A stretch of 64,000 nt of DNA from Antedon mediterranea. Lineage: Eukaryota; Animalia; Echinodermata. Under the pieces are notes generated by a model, which saw only the letters and a list, made by a program, of their open reading frames with translations, was not told the DNA's origin and ran no database searches. The translations under genes were made by a program, and so were the position numbers. Positions 12,344-26,616 of this stretch are shown here, piece by piece (the first letter of the stretch is position 1; each line of letters opens with the position of its first letter). The stretch covers positions 7,564,001 through 7,628,000 of the forward strand of contig NC_092673.1 of assembly GCF_964355755.1 (NCBI RefSeq), given 5' to 3'.

Positions 12344-14179
12344 ACTATTGTTTTCCTCTACTGTACAGTATTTACAATAACAGTAAAATGTTTTACTACA
12401 GTATTAAAAATTTGGAAGAAAATTACTCAATTTGTCTGTTTACAGTAATACTGATAGTTACCCGTGTATATTAAAAATTTGAAAGAAAGTAGGACACGTC
12501 TGGGAAGTAAAGTAGTATCACAATTGCCGGAAATGTTGGGAATATTTTAAACTACATTTGGAAACCGTCACGAAGGGGTTGTGGATTTGGAGTAATGGGA
12601 TAATGAGATATCAACATTTCCAGTGGGAAGGGATACTACTACTAGAGTTAAGTGGGGTGGGGATAGGTACCCCGTTTTTCTAGTGCATTTATAACGCAGA
12701 ACATAAACTTAGTGCATAAAACGGACGTTCTGCGATACGTACAAGCAGTTTTCAATACAATTTGCGTGTGACGCGACACAAATTAGATGAATAATTGTTT
12801 GATGAGTGAGTACGTTTGTCGGCGGCTAGGAAATTAAAATGAAATAGAATGTCAATAAAAAAAGCATCATTAATGAAGAAAGAGCAATAATTAAAATTGT
12901 TACGTAAAAAATCGAGCGGCGTTAGTCTTAGTTCTTCTTGTGTTCGCATGACCATAATCAAAACGGTACTGGATTTGGTCTACTGGCCTTCCGGTTCCCA
13001 GTCGTAAACGTAAACTTTATTGAACAAACGCTTTTGAATCAGCGGCACACGTTTATAAAGTAATATAAAAACAAACAAAAAAGTATCAAAAATAACATTT
13101 AAGTCTTAAATAATTAATTAGTATTATTAAAATAAATGCAACTGTTATAATGATTATTTGTTCTTATTATATTTCATTTTAATAGTTATTTGTAATTTAA
13201 TTAAACGTGATACTATTTTATTATACTATTTAGTCTTATTTTTAGTACTGTATTATTATTATTTATTTTATTTTATTTAGATTTTGGTTAGATGATATCA
13301 TTTTGGAGAGAGCAAATAATATATATATATTATTGAATTAGATAAATGGTAAAATAAAAGTTAGTAGATAATTATGGTGGGCGGTAAATATTTATATATT
13401 ATATATTAGGTGTAGTCTTTCTATGTCTTCATGCAGCAGTTTAGTATTGTTTACAGTGATCCCATGAATTAAGTGCGCATGCGTAAACTAAATAGGTGCC
13501 CTATGACGAATGATATGTAGACTCTTCCAGTATAAGCGTTAATGAAGCAAGCCTGGTGGTAAATATAGAATGGTTTCGAAACAACAACAAGTATGCTTCG
13601 ACTTTAGTTGATAGAAGATTTAAATATTTGTTAGAGATAGAGAATACGATGTTTGATTATATTAGTGTAGATGTGTGACTATATTCAACTGGTGTTCTGC
13701 GCTACTTCGCTGACAGACTATTCACCGACCGGGCCGGCATTTTGCCGACTGGACATTTAAAAAACAGGACATTTGGCCAAAAGGAAACTTCGCCGACATG
13801 TCATTTCGTCGACTAGACATTTCGGCGTAAACCATTTTGCCGACAGACAATTGATCGACAGACAATTGACCGACAGAATAAATTTAGCCGACAAGGCACT
13901 TTTCTGCCATTTATACGGTTGGCCAACATACAATTGATCTGCAAATATAGACCCACATGTTAAATTTTGGCCAATGGATACTTATATATACGGTCATAAT
14001 CAATACACTAATTATAAATATGAGATAAGTATGAACTTAATTGAAAACGTTTTACAGGTTACGAATACCGACAATCTATACGTTAAAGCCTTAACTTAAC
14101 AATGGTGTATTAGTAGGACTATATATTTTATAGATGTTGGTATTGAGCCATTCAAACTATCTATTTTTAAACTGCCAAT

Positions 14180-17100
14180 TCGATGAAAAACATTATGACT
14201 TATCCTTAAATAGAAAAATATGATAGGCAGCCACTGAAGGTATCGGAATTAGACGTGTAAATAATAAAAACAAACCATGGTTTGACAAAGAGATAGACGA
14301 TGCCATCAAAAAAAGGAAAATTGCGTCGCGAGAACACAGAACATGGGTTAAAAATAATAAAATTACTAATAGGAACTGTACTGATAATAATAACACAAAT
14401 AATACTATGAATTATGATAATGGCGTTACACTGTGGGAACATTATAAAGAGACACAGAAACATGTTAAGCAACTTGTTGCTCAGAAAATCACAGAAAAAC
14501 GTGTTAGCAAATCTATTGAAATTGCAAACAAAGGTGGTAAATCTTGTAAAGACTTTTGGAAAGTGCTAAAAGGCAATACAAATAACAGTAAAAATATTCA
14601 ATGTATTAAATCAAGAGACTCTGGTAAAAACATTCTCGAAAAAGGGAAAATGAATGAGGTTGTAAAAGATTACTGGGAAAATCTTGGCAAAGCCAATATG
14701 AATCTTAATGATTGCGGTACTTACCTTACAAGTCGTTTTGTTAATAATATTAGAAATCAAACAAAAACAAATTGTACGTATGATAAAGATGTTTACGAAA
14801 ATTGTTTGTATGATGTTAAGATAGATTATGATATTGTAAAAGAGGCTATACTAATGGCAAAGAATAAAAAGTCACCAGGTCTAGATAATATAACAAATGA
14901 ATTAATTAAGAATGGTGGCGACAAATTAATCAGATCTATATTAGACCTATTTTTACAAATTTTAAAACTAGAACAAATACCAAGCGAGTGGAATATTAGT
15001 GTAATTGTTCCTATTTACAAAAAAAGGGGATCGCAATGATCTCAATAATTATCGAGGGATATCGTTAACCTCTTGTATATCCAAAATTTTTAATAGGATA
15101 GTTGCCAAAAATATCTCTCTCTATCTTGAAGACAATGCTATTCTTTCTGAAGTCCAGGGAGGCTTTCGACCTTCGTATAGATGCGAAGATCATATCTTTG
15201 TTTTAAAGAGTATAGCAACTTGTCGCTTACAACAGGGTAAGCATACATACATGGCCTTCTTGGACTTCCGAAAAGCATTTGATAGTGTATGGAGAGACGG
15301 CTTAATGAAATCAATTTTGAATACAGGAATAAGAGGAAAGGTATGGAGGATGATTGATAAGCTTTATGCTAATGTTAAAGGTAAAGTCTCCTCTGGTATA
15401 ATTGATACAGATATTTTTTATATTGATCAAGGAGTAAAGCAAGGGTGCGTTTTATCACCTGTTTTATTTAGCATCTACATAAATGAGTTTACCAAAATGT
15501 TAAGATCCAAGGATATAGGTATTAGAGTAAATGATACATGGATGGGTAGCCTTTTTTGGGCTGATGATATTGTATTATTAGCTAACAATGAACTGGAAAT
15601 GAAAAGAATGTTAGACCTTGCAGGAAATTTTGCTAAGGAATCGAAATTATGCTTTAATTTTGAAAAGTCAAATATACTGATAACTGGTAAACGTGTTGAT
15701 AAAGTAAGACAATGGAAATTAGGTAATGGCTTTATATCTGAAACTGAATCCTATAAATATCTCGGTGTACATATTTCTCGTAAATTAAATGACCATATAC
15801 AAATTGAGAATGTTATAAAAAAAGGTCAAAGATTAATAGCGTACGTTAAATCAATTATCAGTAGCTTTGATAACTTTAACAGAGTATATTATGGGGATAC
15901 TCTGTGGAGATCGATAGTTCTCCGATCTATCAACTATGGTTGTTCAGTATGGTGCTCTTTAAGTAGAATAGATATAGATAAACTAGAGCGTCTCCAGCTC
16001 CAAATGGCGCGTTATATCTTAAAAGCACCTCGAAATACATCTTGTGCCGCCTTATATGGAGAGCTTGGTTGGTCTCCAATTAACGAGATTCATAACGCTC
16101 TTCGTATGAAATACTTCCATAGAATTATAAAGATGGAAAACTATCGATGGCCAAAAATTATGTTTATTGGAATGCTACAACTTAATTGTGAATTTAAAGA
16201 CTTAAGTTATAAGTTTCTATCTTGTATAAACGATATTCTCTTGAAGTGTAATTGTGAATCCAAAAATATTTTCACCACTCTCTCAAATTATAAAGAAGTC
16301 TACTTTCCAATTTCTGAAATCTTAAGAAAACTTAACTATATAATGATAGATGAATGGAGAATTGAATTACAAAATAAATCAAGTCTCCACATCTATGAAA
16401 CATTAAAATCAAAACTTGGACTTGAAAATTACTTAATTGATAAAACTAATTTTGAAGGTGCTGCATTAAAATTTAAAGCTCGTTCAAATACTCTACCTTT
16501 GAATGATAGAACTGCAAATTGGAATATTGATAATAATAACAAATGTAAATTGTGCGGTACAAAATCGGACGAAGACAACCATCATTTCATCCTTAATTGT
16601 CCAGCTTTAAATAATATACGTAATCAGGAATTATTTAATTTATATGTGGATATGTATAGAAATGGCAGCAAAGATATGTTTGATAATTTTTATACTTCTC
16701 ATGAAAATGACAAACTTAAATATATTTTGGGATACTCAGATAATTTAATTGATGAAGAGTGTGAAAATATTTTGGATAGTTTTTGTAAAAGATACCTAAA
16801 ACAAGCATGGAAATTTCGAAATGATTCACTGAATTCCATGACTCAATAACTATGTTATCTACATTGCTACATTAAGTAAATTGAAAAAAAAGTGGGGGGG
16901 GGGGGAGGAGGGGGTGGGGGGTTTCGTAATAAGCTGTGTTTATCAGTTGATTTTATTTTATTTTATACACTTTTACTATATCTTGTTTTGTATTCATTGT
17001 GTAAAGTAATGATCTACTGTATGTATCGATGTAAATTGGGGGGGGGGGGGGGTAGGATAGGGGTTGATAGTTGCTTTTGCCTTTTTTAACTTTTCTGTTA

Positions 17101-17205
17101 ATTGTTATATTATATATTGTGAAGGATGCACCTTTGTGCTAAGTGTGCCACCGATCTAAAGGTGTAATTCCAAATAAATAAATTAAAATATAATATAAAA
17201 TAAAA
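14180..17205 (+). mobile_element. 5'-truncated non-LTR retrotransposon (RTE-X-like) with RT and C-terminal CCHC finger; single frameshift near 15020
   Basis: ORFs 14407-15039 and 15005-16849: KSPGLD, NYRGISL, FLDFRKAFDSV, GVKQGCVLSPVLF, FWADD, YKYLG, CKLC..HFILNC; A-rich tail near 17170-17205; no endonuclease domain. The clade call is tentative. Confidence 0.9.
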
Positions 17206-17599
17206 TTTAAAGTGAGATATAATTATATGATGAATGATAGTGGACCATACACTATATGCTACGACAGTAAGGAACTATAGTTTCATGCATTTTGTTTCAA
17301 TTTCAAATTGATTTTTTCCAACAATAAAACATAAGAAACTTCCTGTGTTATTACTGTCAATATAAAAAAGAGAATACAAGAACAAATATATTAACAATTT
17401 CTGTGGGTTAAGGTTGTCACAGTCTTCTCGCAAGCGGGCTAATTATTCCACTAAACTAAACTCAGATTTATATTACCGTATATATTCGAATAAACAGTCC
17501 GCTTTGAATAAACACCCTCTCGCAAAAACTCCCCCGCCTACAGAACATTTTTGAAATAAACTTCGAATAAACGCCCAGACCTTCATTATTTCATTTTTT

Positions 17600-18645
17600 T
17601 TCATTTCATTTATTTTGTCTTTTATAAATAATAACAAAATCAAAGAGACAAAGGACTTTGAGGGAAGACGGGATTGTCAAAACGTGAAACAAAACACTAT
17701 TGAGTGACTCTCCGCATCCCTAAAGTGTAAGAAATAAACTAAAAACAGAATAAGTCACACAGATAGATATGTATACAACAGTTTAAAATAATAAATCACA
17801 TATCATTGAGTTCAGACTTGTAATTGAAGCAAGCAAGCAAGCAATCTTTAACATTTGGAGGCAAGTTGTTGAACAAACGTGGACATGAATTAAAGTTATA
17901 ATGAGCAGTTTGTTCTTGAGATACTATGGACAAATTTTTACAAAAAGAAGGTGTCGCAAATTTTGAGTGATGTACCCCTTAATTGAAATATTAATTTTGT
18001 TGTATAAAATCTTAGCTATAAATGTAATTCCCAAAAACAAAAATCTATTAGAAAGGTTCATCAAACCAAGACGCTGAAGACAGATTTCATAAGGAACAGT
18101 TAAATAATTATTTTGTAACGTGGGCCTATGAAAACATAATCTGGTGTCCCTACGCTGAATTTTTTCTAGGTCATTGAGATATTGCATGGAGGGTTTAAAA
18201 ATACACCATGCAGGAACACCGTATTCCAGAACTGGACGGACGAGACTATTATATAGTTTAACAAGTTTAGGATTTCCACATCCAATTGTTCTGATTATGA
18301 AACCTATCGTTTTCGATGCTTTATTACTGGTTTGAAATACATAAGACCCCAATCAAGTTTAGATGTCAGGGTGACTATAAGATACTTGAATTCAAAGGTT
18401 TCATCAATGGTATCTAAGCCAATATTATATGGTATTGTGTTCAATAGTTTATTTTTACTCCTAGTTATCCTCATAATTTTACACTTGTTCACATTTAACT
18501 TCATTCTATTAATTGTGCTCCAATTTAATACACAATCCAAATCTTTTTGTAGATTACATACATCGTTAGGCAATCTAATTGCACAATAAGAGGGTGTCAT
18601 CAGCATACATTTAACTGAAGAAGATAATAAAGCATTAAGGTCATT
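17600..18645 (-). mobile_element. CR1-like LINE, 3' half (YADD to end), degraded
   Basis: Minus-strand NDLNALL..YADD, LQKDLD, LNVNKCK, LYNSLVRPVLEYG, LEKIQRR; frameshifted ORFs 18304-18606 and 17924-18352. Confidence 0.85.
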
Positions 18646-20369
18646 TTTTTTTCTTTATTCGAATTCATAAAATATCACAACATAAAAAAAATACAAAGAA
18701 TGAATTCAGGGTAACACAAAAAAGTAACCAAAGGTCAAACTTATTTCCATTGTGGCCCTTAAGGATAAAAACACCATAAGAATAAACATTTACAATAAAC
18801 AATAACACATGAAGTGACAATATAAATATAAATTATAATCTTTCAAGCATAACCTCTTTGAGATGTTTCCTGATATTTCTTTTGAATTGATTGATGGTTT
18901 CTGAACACTGTATCAATTTTGGCAGGTGATTCCATGACGTTATTGCCGTGTTAACAAAGGTTGTTTGGGAGTGGTTACCTATAGTCTATAAATTGATTGA
19001 GTTGCAAATCTAGTATTGTACTGGTGAATTACATTTGCTCTACTAATACCATCATTCATAAACGTAGGGCTTAATCCATTAATAATACGATACATGTGAC
19101 AAAGTTTTATCTGTTTAACTCTTAAGTCTACTGCGAGCCAATTCAGTTTGTTTAATTCATTAGCCCCAATGTGATCCCTTGGTTCAAGACCAAGAATACA
19201 TCTGACCGTCTTATTTTGTGCAGTTTGCAATTTAACTTTTAATGTTTTTTTTTTAATCCAGAGTACCACACGCTACAAGCATAATCATAAAGGCATAACA
19301 CCAAACTATTTGCTAGTAACTTAAGATCTCTGAAAGTTAAGTACTTTCTATTTCTATATAAAAATTTTACCCTTGAGTTTACTTTCTTTATAACTGATTT
19401 ACCTATATAATCTCCAGTTAGATTGTTATCGAGTTCAAGTCCTAGATAACTTACTGTAGGTTTGTTTGTGATTATATAATCATTGCATGTAACTTTCAAT
19501 TCTTGTTGATTTCTGAGTTTACGTTTAGATCCAAATAGAATTGAATACGTTTTGCCTAGATGCAATGACAATCTATTATCTAATAACCAAGAATTAATAG
19601 ATTTTAATTCTTTTGACAATACATTTTGTATATTGGCGACACTTTTATCAGATACAACTATAGCAGAATCATCGGCATAAAGGAGCAGTTTACTACTCAA
19701 TGCAGATTCCATATCATTCACATACATTAAGAACAACAGTGGGCCCAATATTGACCCCTGAGGGACCCCACATGTTATTTTTTTCCACGTTGAAAGAGTA
19801 CAACAATTATCAACTACCTGCCATCTATCTGTTAAATATGATTTAAACCAAACTATTACTGTTTGGGACAATCCTAATGCTCTCATTTTGCCTAGTAAAA
19901 TCTGATGGTCTACAGTATCGAAAGCCTTTTGTAGGTCTAAGACTATCATACCTGTTAAATTACCTTTATCCCAATTCTTTTTAATATGGTCAGTTAGGTG
20001 AATTAAACAAAGATCTGTCGAAAAATTTGCTCGGAACCCACATTGGAAATCATAGATAAGTGATTTAGAATTAAGGTATTCCATCAATTGGTCATGTACT
20101 AGTCTTTCAACAACTTTAGAAAAAGCCGAGAGTATAGACACCGGACGATAGTTACCTACCACCGTTTTACTACCCTTTTTGTGAATTGGGATGACTCTCG
20201 CTAATTTCCATTCTTTGGGTACAATACCGGATGTGAAGGACAACTTAATAATATGAGTTAATGGTTTTGCTATTGCAGAAGCCCCATCTTTGAAGAATTT
20301 GGCTGGTAGAGTATCTATTCCGGTAGCTTTACTCGTCGATAATTGTGTCAAAGCTTTAAGAAAATTATT
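18646..20369 (-). mobile_element. 5'-truncated L2/CR1-group LINE inserted in the RT of another LINE
   Basis: KATGID, NYRPVSIL, LDLQKAFDTVDH, GVPQGSILGPLLF, LYADD; T-tract (poly-A on -) at 18646; imperfect flanking duplication attaaggtcatt (18634-18645) / attaagatcaat (20370-20381). Confidence 0.9.
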
Positions 20370-21450
20370 ATTAAGATCAATAACAAACATATAAGGTATG
20401 GACCCCAGCACCGAACCATGGGAACGCCAGATAGTACAGGGGAGGAAGATGAAAACGCCCATCTAAATACTACCTTTTGAGAACGACCCAGAAGGAAAGA
20501 AGAAATCCATTGCAAAGTAGTCCTACAGACCCCAAAACTTTTAAGTTTCGAAGCAATAATGTATGGGGGACGTCAATGCGTGAAGGACATCTTTCATCAA
20601 GGATGGCGCTCCAATCATAAAATTATTTCGGAAAGGATTGTTGTACATAAACGGCCTTTTACGAAACCATGTTGATTGGACAGAACAAGACCATTATCAT
20701 ACATAAATGTATTCAACCTATAACACACATTTTCTCTAGCAGTTTGGCAACAATCCAAGCACAGCGAAATTGGCCTAAAGTTTTCTATTTGGTTAGAATT
20801 ACCATACTTGTATATAGGTATAATATTCGCACTTTTCCAGTCATTTGGAAGGTTTCCACATGCAAGAGAGAAGTTAAACAGCTTAGCCAACAGCTCACTA
20901 ATGTAATTAACAAGCAAGCATCGAAGATGTGATGCCGTCCGGACCTGGGGCTTTTTCAAATTTGAGAACCGTTAATAAGCTGTAAAACCTCTTCTGCAGT
21001 GGTAGTCACCCCAGGTAAGCAAGGCCCAACATGTTCAATATATTTACAAATATTATCATCCGAACACAATTCATGATCATTTTGTGAAAAATTGGAAATA
21101 AAAGAATAATTAAAAGAATTAGCAATACTTTTGGGGTCATTTACAACAGAATTGTTTATTAGAAAAACCGAAGGCGCTGGCTTAGTCTTTTTATTTCTGA
21201 CATGAGTCCAGAATGCCCTGCCATAATCTGATTTGTTAGCTAGCCCTCCCAAGTATTCAAAGTACGATTTCTTACATGTAGGGCCTATTACCTAATTTAT
21301 TTATTTCTTCTTTTGTTAAAATTTTCTCATGCATGAGGATTAGTTCTTTTAGCTTTCTTAAACATACGTTTATTTTTTCTAATTAGATTTAAAATGTCAG
21401 GAGTAATCCAAGGTTTCTTTTCCTTACGTTTAGCATTTCTTTGGGGAACA
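20370..21450 (-). mobile_element. CR1-like LINE, 5' half of the element interrupted at 18645
   Basis: KPWIT, FWTHV, KAPGPD, WKSANIIPIYK, NFRPISL, QHGFVKGR, GVPHGSVLG across frameshifted ORFs 20956-21252 and 20615-20959. Confidence 0.85.
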
Positions 21451-22679
21451 AGTATATAAATATATTCTAAAAACAAGGTTTTAACATTATATTGTATTAC
21501 AACACATTTCTATTTGTAGTAGAATGTATTTTCTCACTTCTTAAGATTACTTAAAATTATATTTAATTATGTTACCATATTATTACACCAACACTATAAA
21601 CGCCCGGGCGTTTATTCGAGTAAATACGGTATAATTTCATACATTATTTCTGAGTTGCAGATCAACTCATTTTAAATAGAAAGAGTATTGTAAAGTAATG
21701 AACCGTGTAGGTAAGGTTTCGAAATTTCTTGTCGGTAAATTGCCAGTCGGTCAATTGTCTGTCGGCGAAATGGCTTTCGACGAAATGTCCTGTCGCCGAA
21801 ATGTCCTGTCGGCCAATTGTCATGTCGACTAAATGTTGGTCGACGAAATGGCATTCGGAAAAATGTCCGAATGTACCGTATAGGAAGTTAGATGATTGCA
21901 GTTGGATGTAATCCTCTTGTATATCAATTATACTGTCATGCGATAAATTGGTTAAACCATATTATTTTATACATATTATTAATTATTGTTATGATTATAA
22001 TATTATTTATAAAAAAAAAAGACATTTTTTTATAATATAAAAATATAGATCTAAGGAAAAATACAATACTAAGTATCGTAAGTGTCAATTTATAAATTGC
22101 AGGCGATCTTGTCAAAGGTCAACCACCTAATAGCCTGCCACGTTTCGATATTCAATATTGAACTTGTTATGTTATTTATGTTGGTCATGAAAAAAGGCCT
22201 ATTGAGGACATTGTTTACGATTTTGCAGCATATCTATTACTCTCTGCTTAAAACGGAGAATGTTATTTTATTCTATTTAAAAAAATGAAATTCGCTATTT
22301 ACTTTATATTACTGTATCTCACATTGCACTTTTAGAGGTTAAAATTCAAATTACAGTATATCGAATAATAGTTGCACAATAATAGTTGAATAATAACAAT
22401 TTTTAATAAAAGCATTGCAGTGCTCTTTCAATATAATAATAGTTATAAAAGAATGTTTACAAAACCTAAAGTTACTGACCGTAAAGCATTAATTTATAAT
22501 AGGCACATTTAAATGTAAACATGTTATCTGTAGGCCCCTATTTTATTCATATAATTAAGAGTGTTAGACCGCAAACTTTATATCAACAAAATGTAAAGCC
22601 TATAATAATAATTAGTATAAATGACTAAAGGCTGACGATAAAAGAGCGTTGTAACTTGTTTAAAAGCGAGTAGAAAAAA

Positions 22680-23300
22680 CCATGTAGGCCTATATATATT
22701 ATATACATAAATTTCGTTATCCAAGTCCATAATTTCCAATACACTTCTTCTCTTCTTTCTCTCGTAATATAACATTGAAGTCACCCGTAAGTATAACATT
22801 CTCTTTTCTACAGTAATCCAGTAAATTGTCTATGTCTACATACACTCTATCTATATCTTCCTCATCATTATTTTTATCATCATAAATCTTTCACTGACAT
22901 ATTTAACTTCAACAACTTTTGTTTGCATATTATTTAGCATGATACCAACACCATGTTGCTATTGTTTTTCACTTCCATCTATATCCATCTTCAATAGTTA
23001 TATCACAATTTTTTCCTAATCTTGTTTCGCAAAGTCCTAATATATTCTATTGTTCTCTTTGCATCTCAATTTGCATATTTTGCATATACTTTCCATGTGC
23101 CTAATTTTCTTTTCACGGGAGATAGTCGCTAACGGACGACCAGGCTATCCCCATTACTGACTATGCCGGACGTGCATTTCAGTACTTTTATATTCTTGGA
23201 ATGTCGTTGGTGTTCCTATTGCCTATTATTAACTGTCACTATTCAAGTGATCAATTTACAGTGAGGTGGTTCCCCGTTGCCTTCCAACCCATCCTCAACG
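22680..23300 (-). mobile_element. Degraded RTE-type LINE 5' region / AP-endonuclease fragment
   Basis: Minus-strand traces GTW.., ILGLCETR, HGVGIMLN and DEEDIDRVY, with stops and frameshifts. Confidence 0.55.
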
Positions 23301-23579
23301 ACGGATTTCAAATGTAATTAAAACCCTTTCCCAGTACAATTCCGGTTAGGCTTGATATTGCATTTATGGGGCGGTCAAAATGTAACTAAAACCTCCCCGG
23401 TAATGTTGATACCCCATTATCACAACCTGGGTAATTTATGGAATATAAATCTTCCCAGTACAATTAAAGTCATTATACCCTATGTATATGTTTATTTTAC
23501 TTTCATGGTTAACCACCACCTTTATTCATTCATTTTTTCCAATTAAATTTTTTATACATCTTCTATCTTTTTTTTTTGG

Positions 23580-26445
23580 TAATATTCTGTTTTTGTATCT
23601 TCTTTAATATTATTTTAACACATATTTCATACTAATAATAATACTATAAATATTACTGAACTTTATTTACGTTAAATCATATTAATAAATTATGTCTATC
23701 ACATTACAGTAAAGCTAACAAAAAAACTGTAACTAATGTCATCTATAACGGCCTCTAAATAATATAGTTATATACTGTATTTAGGCTATATACACAGTAA
23801 ATATACATACATATATTTTCCCTTGTTTTGTTTAGTTATCTTTCAGTAGTAGATATTGATGGTATAGCCCGTTTATAGGTTGTTTTTACTATAGTCCGTT
23901 TATAGGTTGTTTTTACAAAACTGTAAATATTAGTCAGCTGTACAAATTACTGAAAAACAAATTACTAGGAAGTATGAAACAATAGGTATTGTGTTTCGGG
24001 GTATATAACAATAGAGGTATTACCGTGTATAATTTAAATTAGTTACATGCTATCATGTTGTGTTGGTAACATTTAAAGTGGGTTAATTCAGTATGTTGGC
24101 TACTATATGCTGTATGATATAAATTGTACAACTTGTAGTCCAGTTTTACAAAGTAGGCCTACTGAAAACTAATTGACTACGGAAGAATAAAACAATAGTT
24201 ATTGTGATAGTATAAAATAGGTGTGATGTTTCGGATATATAACAATATAGGTATTATTTAATTTGATTACATGACGTCATGTATTGTCGGAAATTTTAAA
24301 AAGAGATACTTATGTATGCACGTGCAGGAGTTAATTAAAAAAATAAATAATAAGTTCATTAAAGGTGTCTCGATCGAACCCACATATAATTAATAAGGGT
24401 AATTTCTTTCCGGATATTATAACAATGACAAAAAACAAAAAGATAAGAATGAATGAAGTTAAATAATAAGTATGTCTTGATTGAACTATACCGACATCTA
24501 ACGTGCATACCAGTATTGAACAAGTATTTGAAAACAGCAGTCGTAGCGGTAACGAGGAATTTTTGTTAGAAATTCTTAATGACAACGATGAAATGGTAAG
24601 TTGAAGCAATTTGTATAAAACAAAAACACAAAAATTTACGTATATTATTTTCCAAATGTTATTAAGAATGACTTCTTTGTTCTGTCTGTTACATGGGTTT
24701 TGTTATTGAATTTTCAGATTCGATGTATAGAAGAGTTAATTGATGATCAGAACGAATTATGTAATGAAATGGTAAGTTACTATTTCTATAAATTTATTTT
24801 GAAAATGGTAATAATATATGATATTTAGTCTAATATAACAATTTTGTTTTACAGTACGGTGTTTTGAATATAAGTAATAATGAAGGGGAAGAAACACTTC
24901 AATTAGAGAACGACATGGTAGTTCAAGGAATTTGCCGCATTGCAAGAAACAAAAGAGGTGATTTAGACGAAGAAGAAAATGTTAGAATCAAAACAGGATT
25001 TTTAAATTGAATGACATTGGGGAAGCTACTTAATGAAACAAAAGATACACGGCGCTTCGACACAATGTTCCAACAGGAAATACAATTTATATCATACAGC
25101 ATATAGTAGCCAACATACTGAATTAACCCACTTTAAATGTTACCAACACAACATGATAGCATGTAACTAATTTAAATATATACGGTAATACCTCTATTGT
25201 TATATACCCCGAAACACAATACCTATTGTTTCATACTTCCTAGTAATTTGTTTTTTCAGTAATTTGTACAGCTGACTAATATTTACAATTTTGTAAAAAC
25301 AACCTATAAACGGACTATACCATCAATATCTATCAAATCTTACAACAATCTTTTACTTCCTTACTCAATGTTAACCGTTGTATTATTATATCCGAAACAT
25401 AACACCTATTGACTTCAACCATTGTAAACCATTTGTTCTCATCACAAGCAACTAAATCATCACCAAATACTTTTTATTTATTATTTAATAATTTTATATT
25501 ATAATGTATATTAATATATAACAAATCTATATAACAATTCTAGTGAAATTAATGATATACTCTATTGACTTATACTATCCCCATTGTTAACCATTGTTAT
25601 AATCACGACTGACTAGGCCTCCATTATCAATTTGTTTTTTGTTTTTTTGTCATTGTTATAATATCCGGAAACTAATTACCCTTATTAATTATATGTGGGT
25701 TCGATCGAGACACCTTTAATGAACTTATTATTTATTTTTTTAATTAACTCCTGCACGTGCATACATAAGTATCTCTTTTTAAAATTTCCGACAATACATG
25801 ATGTCATGTAATCAAATTAAATAATACCTATATTGTTATATATCCGAAACATCACACCTATTTTATACTATCACAATAACTATTGTTTTATTCTTCCGTA
25901 GTCAATTAGTTTTCAGTAGGCCTACTTTGTAAAACTGGACTACAAGTTGTACAATTTATATCATACAGCATATAGTAACCAACATACTGAATTAACCCAC
26001 TTTAAATTTTACCAACACTTATTAATTATACATGGTTTCTTAAATCAAAACATCTTATTCTAGAATGTTCATGTAAATACTATGTTACTCTATATGTTAG
26101 GGAATGGTAATTTATTACAATCATAATACACATATATATCATAAAACATGTTTTTATATTTATAATATCACAATATCGCCCGATTGGTGGTGTCACATAC
26201 CAATCCCATTTGGTACGGCTGGCAGTATTATAACAAAACATAATTGTATAAGAGGTTTTATCTTTTTCTTGAGGAATATATTTGGTTTTTTTGTTATCCT
26301 TACATAATACTGTATTCTGTTTTTGTATCCTCTGTAATATTATTTTAACACATATTTCATACTTATATTAATACTAATAATACTCTCAACATTATTTATG
26401 TTAAATCATATCTATATATTATGTCTGTCACATAAGTAAAAGCTG
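23580..26445. repeat. Complex rearranged segment with two inverted-repeat pairs and flanking direct repeats
   Basis: 23850-24128 is inverted at 25081-25332; 24060-24440 is inverted at ~25637-26018; ~23583-23715 is directly repeated at ~26313-26443. Confidence 0.85.
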
Positions 26446-26616
26446 TAACCAACATAAATACTTAAAAAATATGTTAAAGAAACATTTTATCGAATTACAG
26501 TACTTAAAATGCTTCACTCATAAATATACATATATTATGCGTGGTGTGTGTGAGTGTACACTGGGCATTTGTTGTATGTATCTGGTGGGTGAAAATCTTT
26601 GAAAAATACCATATAT

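Larger units (their letters stand above)
17476..21629. mobile_element. Tc1/mariner (Tc2-like) non-autonomous element hosting nested LINEs
   Basis: TA|ccgtatatattcgaataaac ... gtttattcgagtaaatacgg|TA: inverted termini with TA target duplication. Confidence 0.75.
13700..21880. mobile_element. Old fold-back-type DNA transposon: inverted arms of short sub-repeats at ~13700-13895 and ~21722-21880, expanded by nested insertions
   Basis: Left arm ...ccattttgccgacagacaattgatcgacagacaattgaccgac... is the reverse complement of right arm ...gtcggtcaattgtctgtcggcgaaatgg...; both are built of ~15-bp gccgac/gacatt sub-repeats. Confidence 0.65.
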
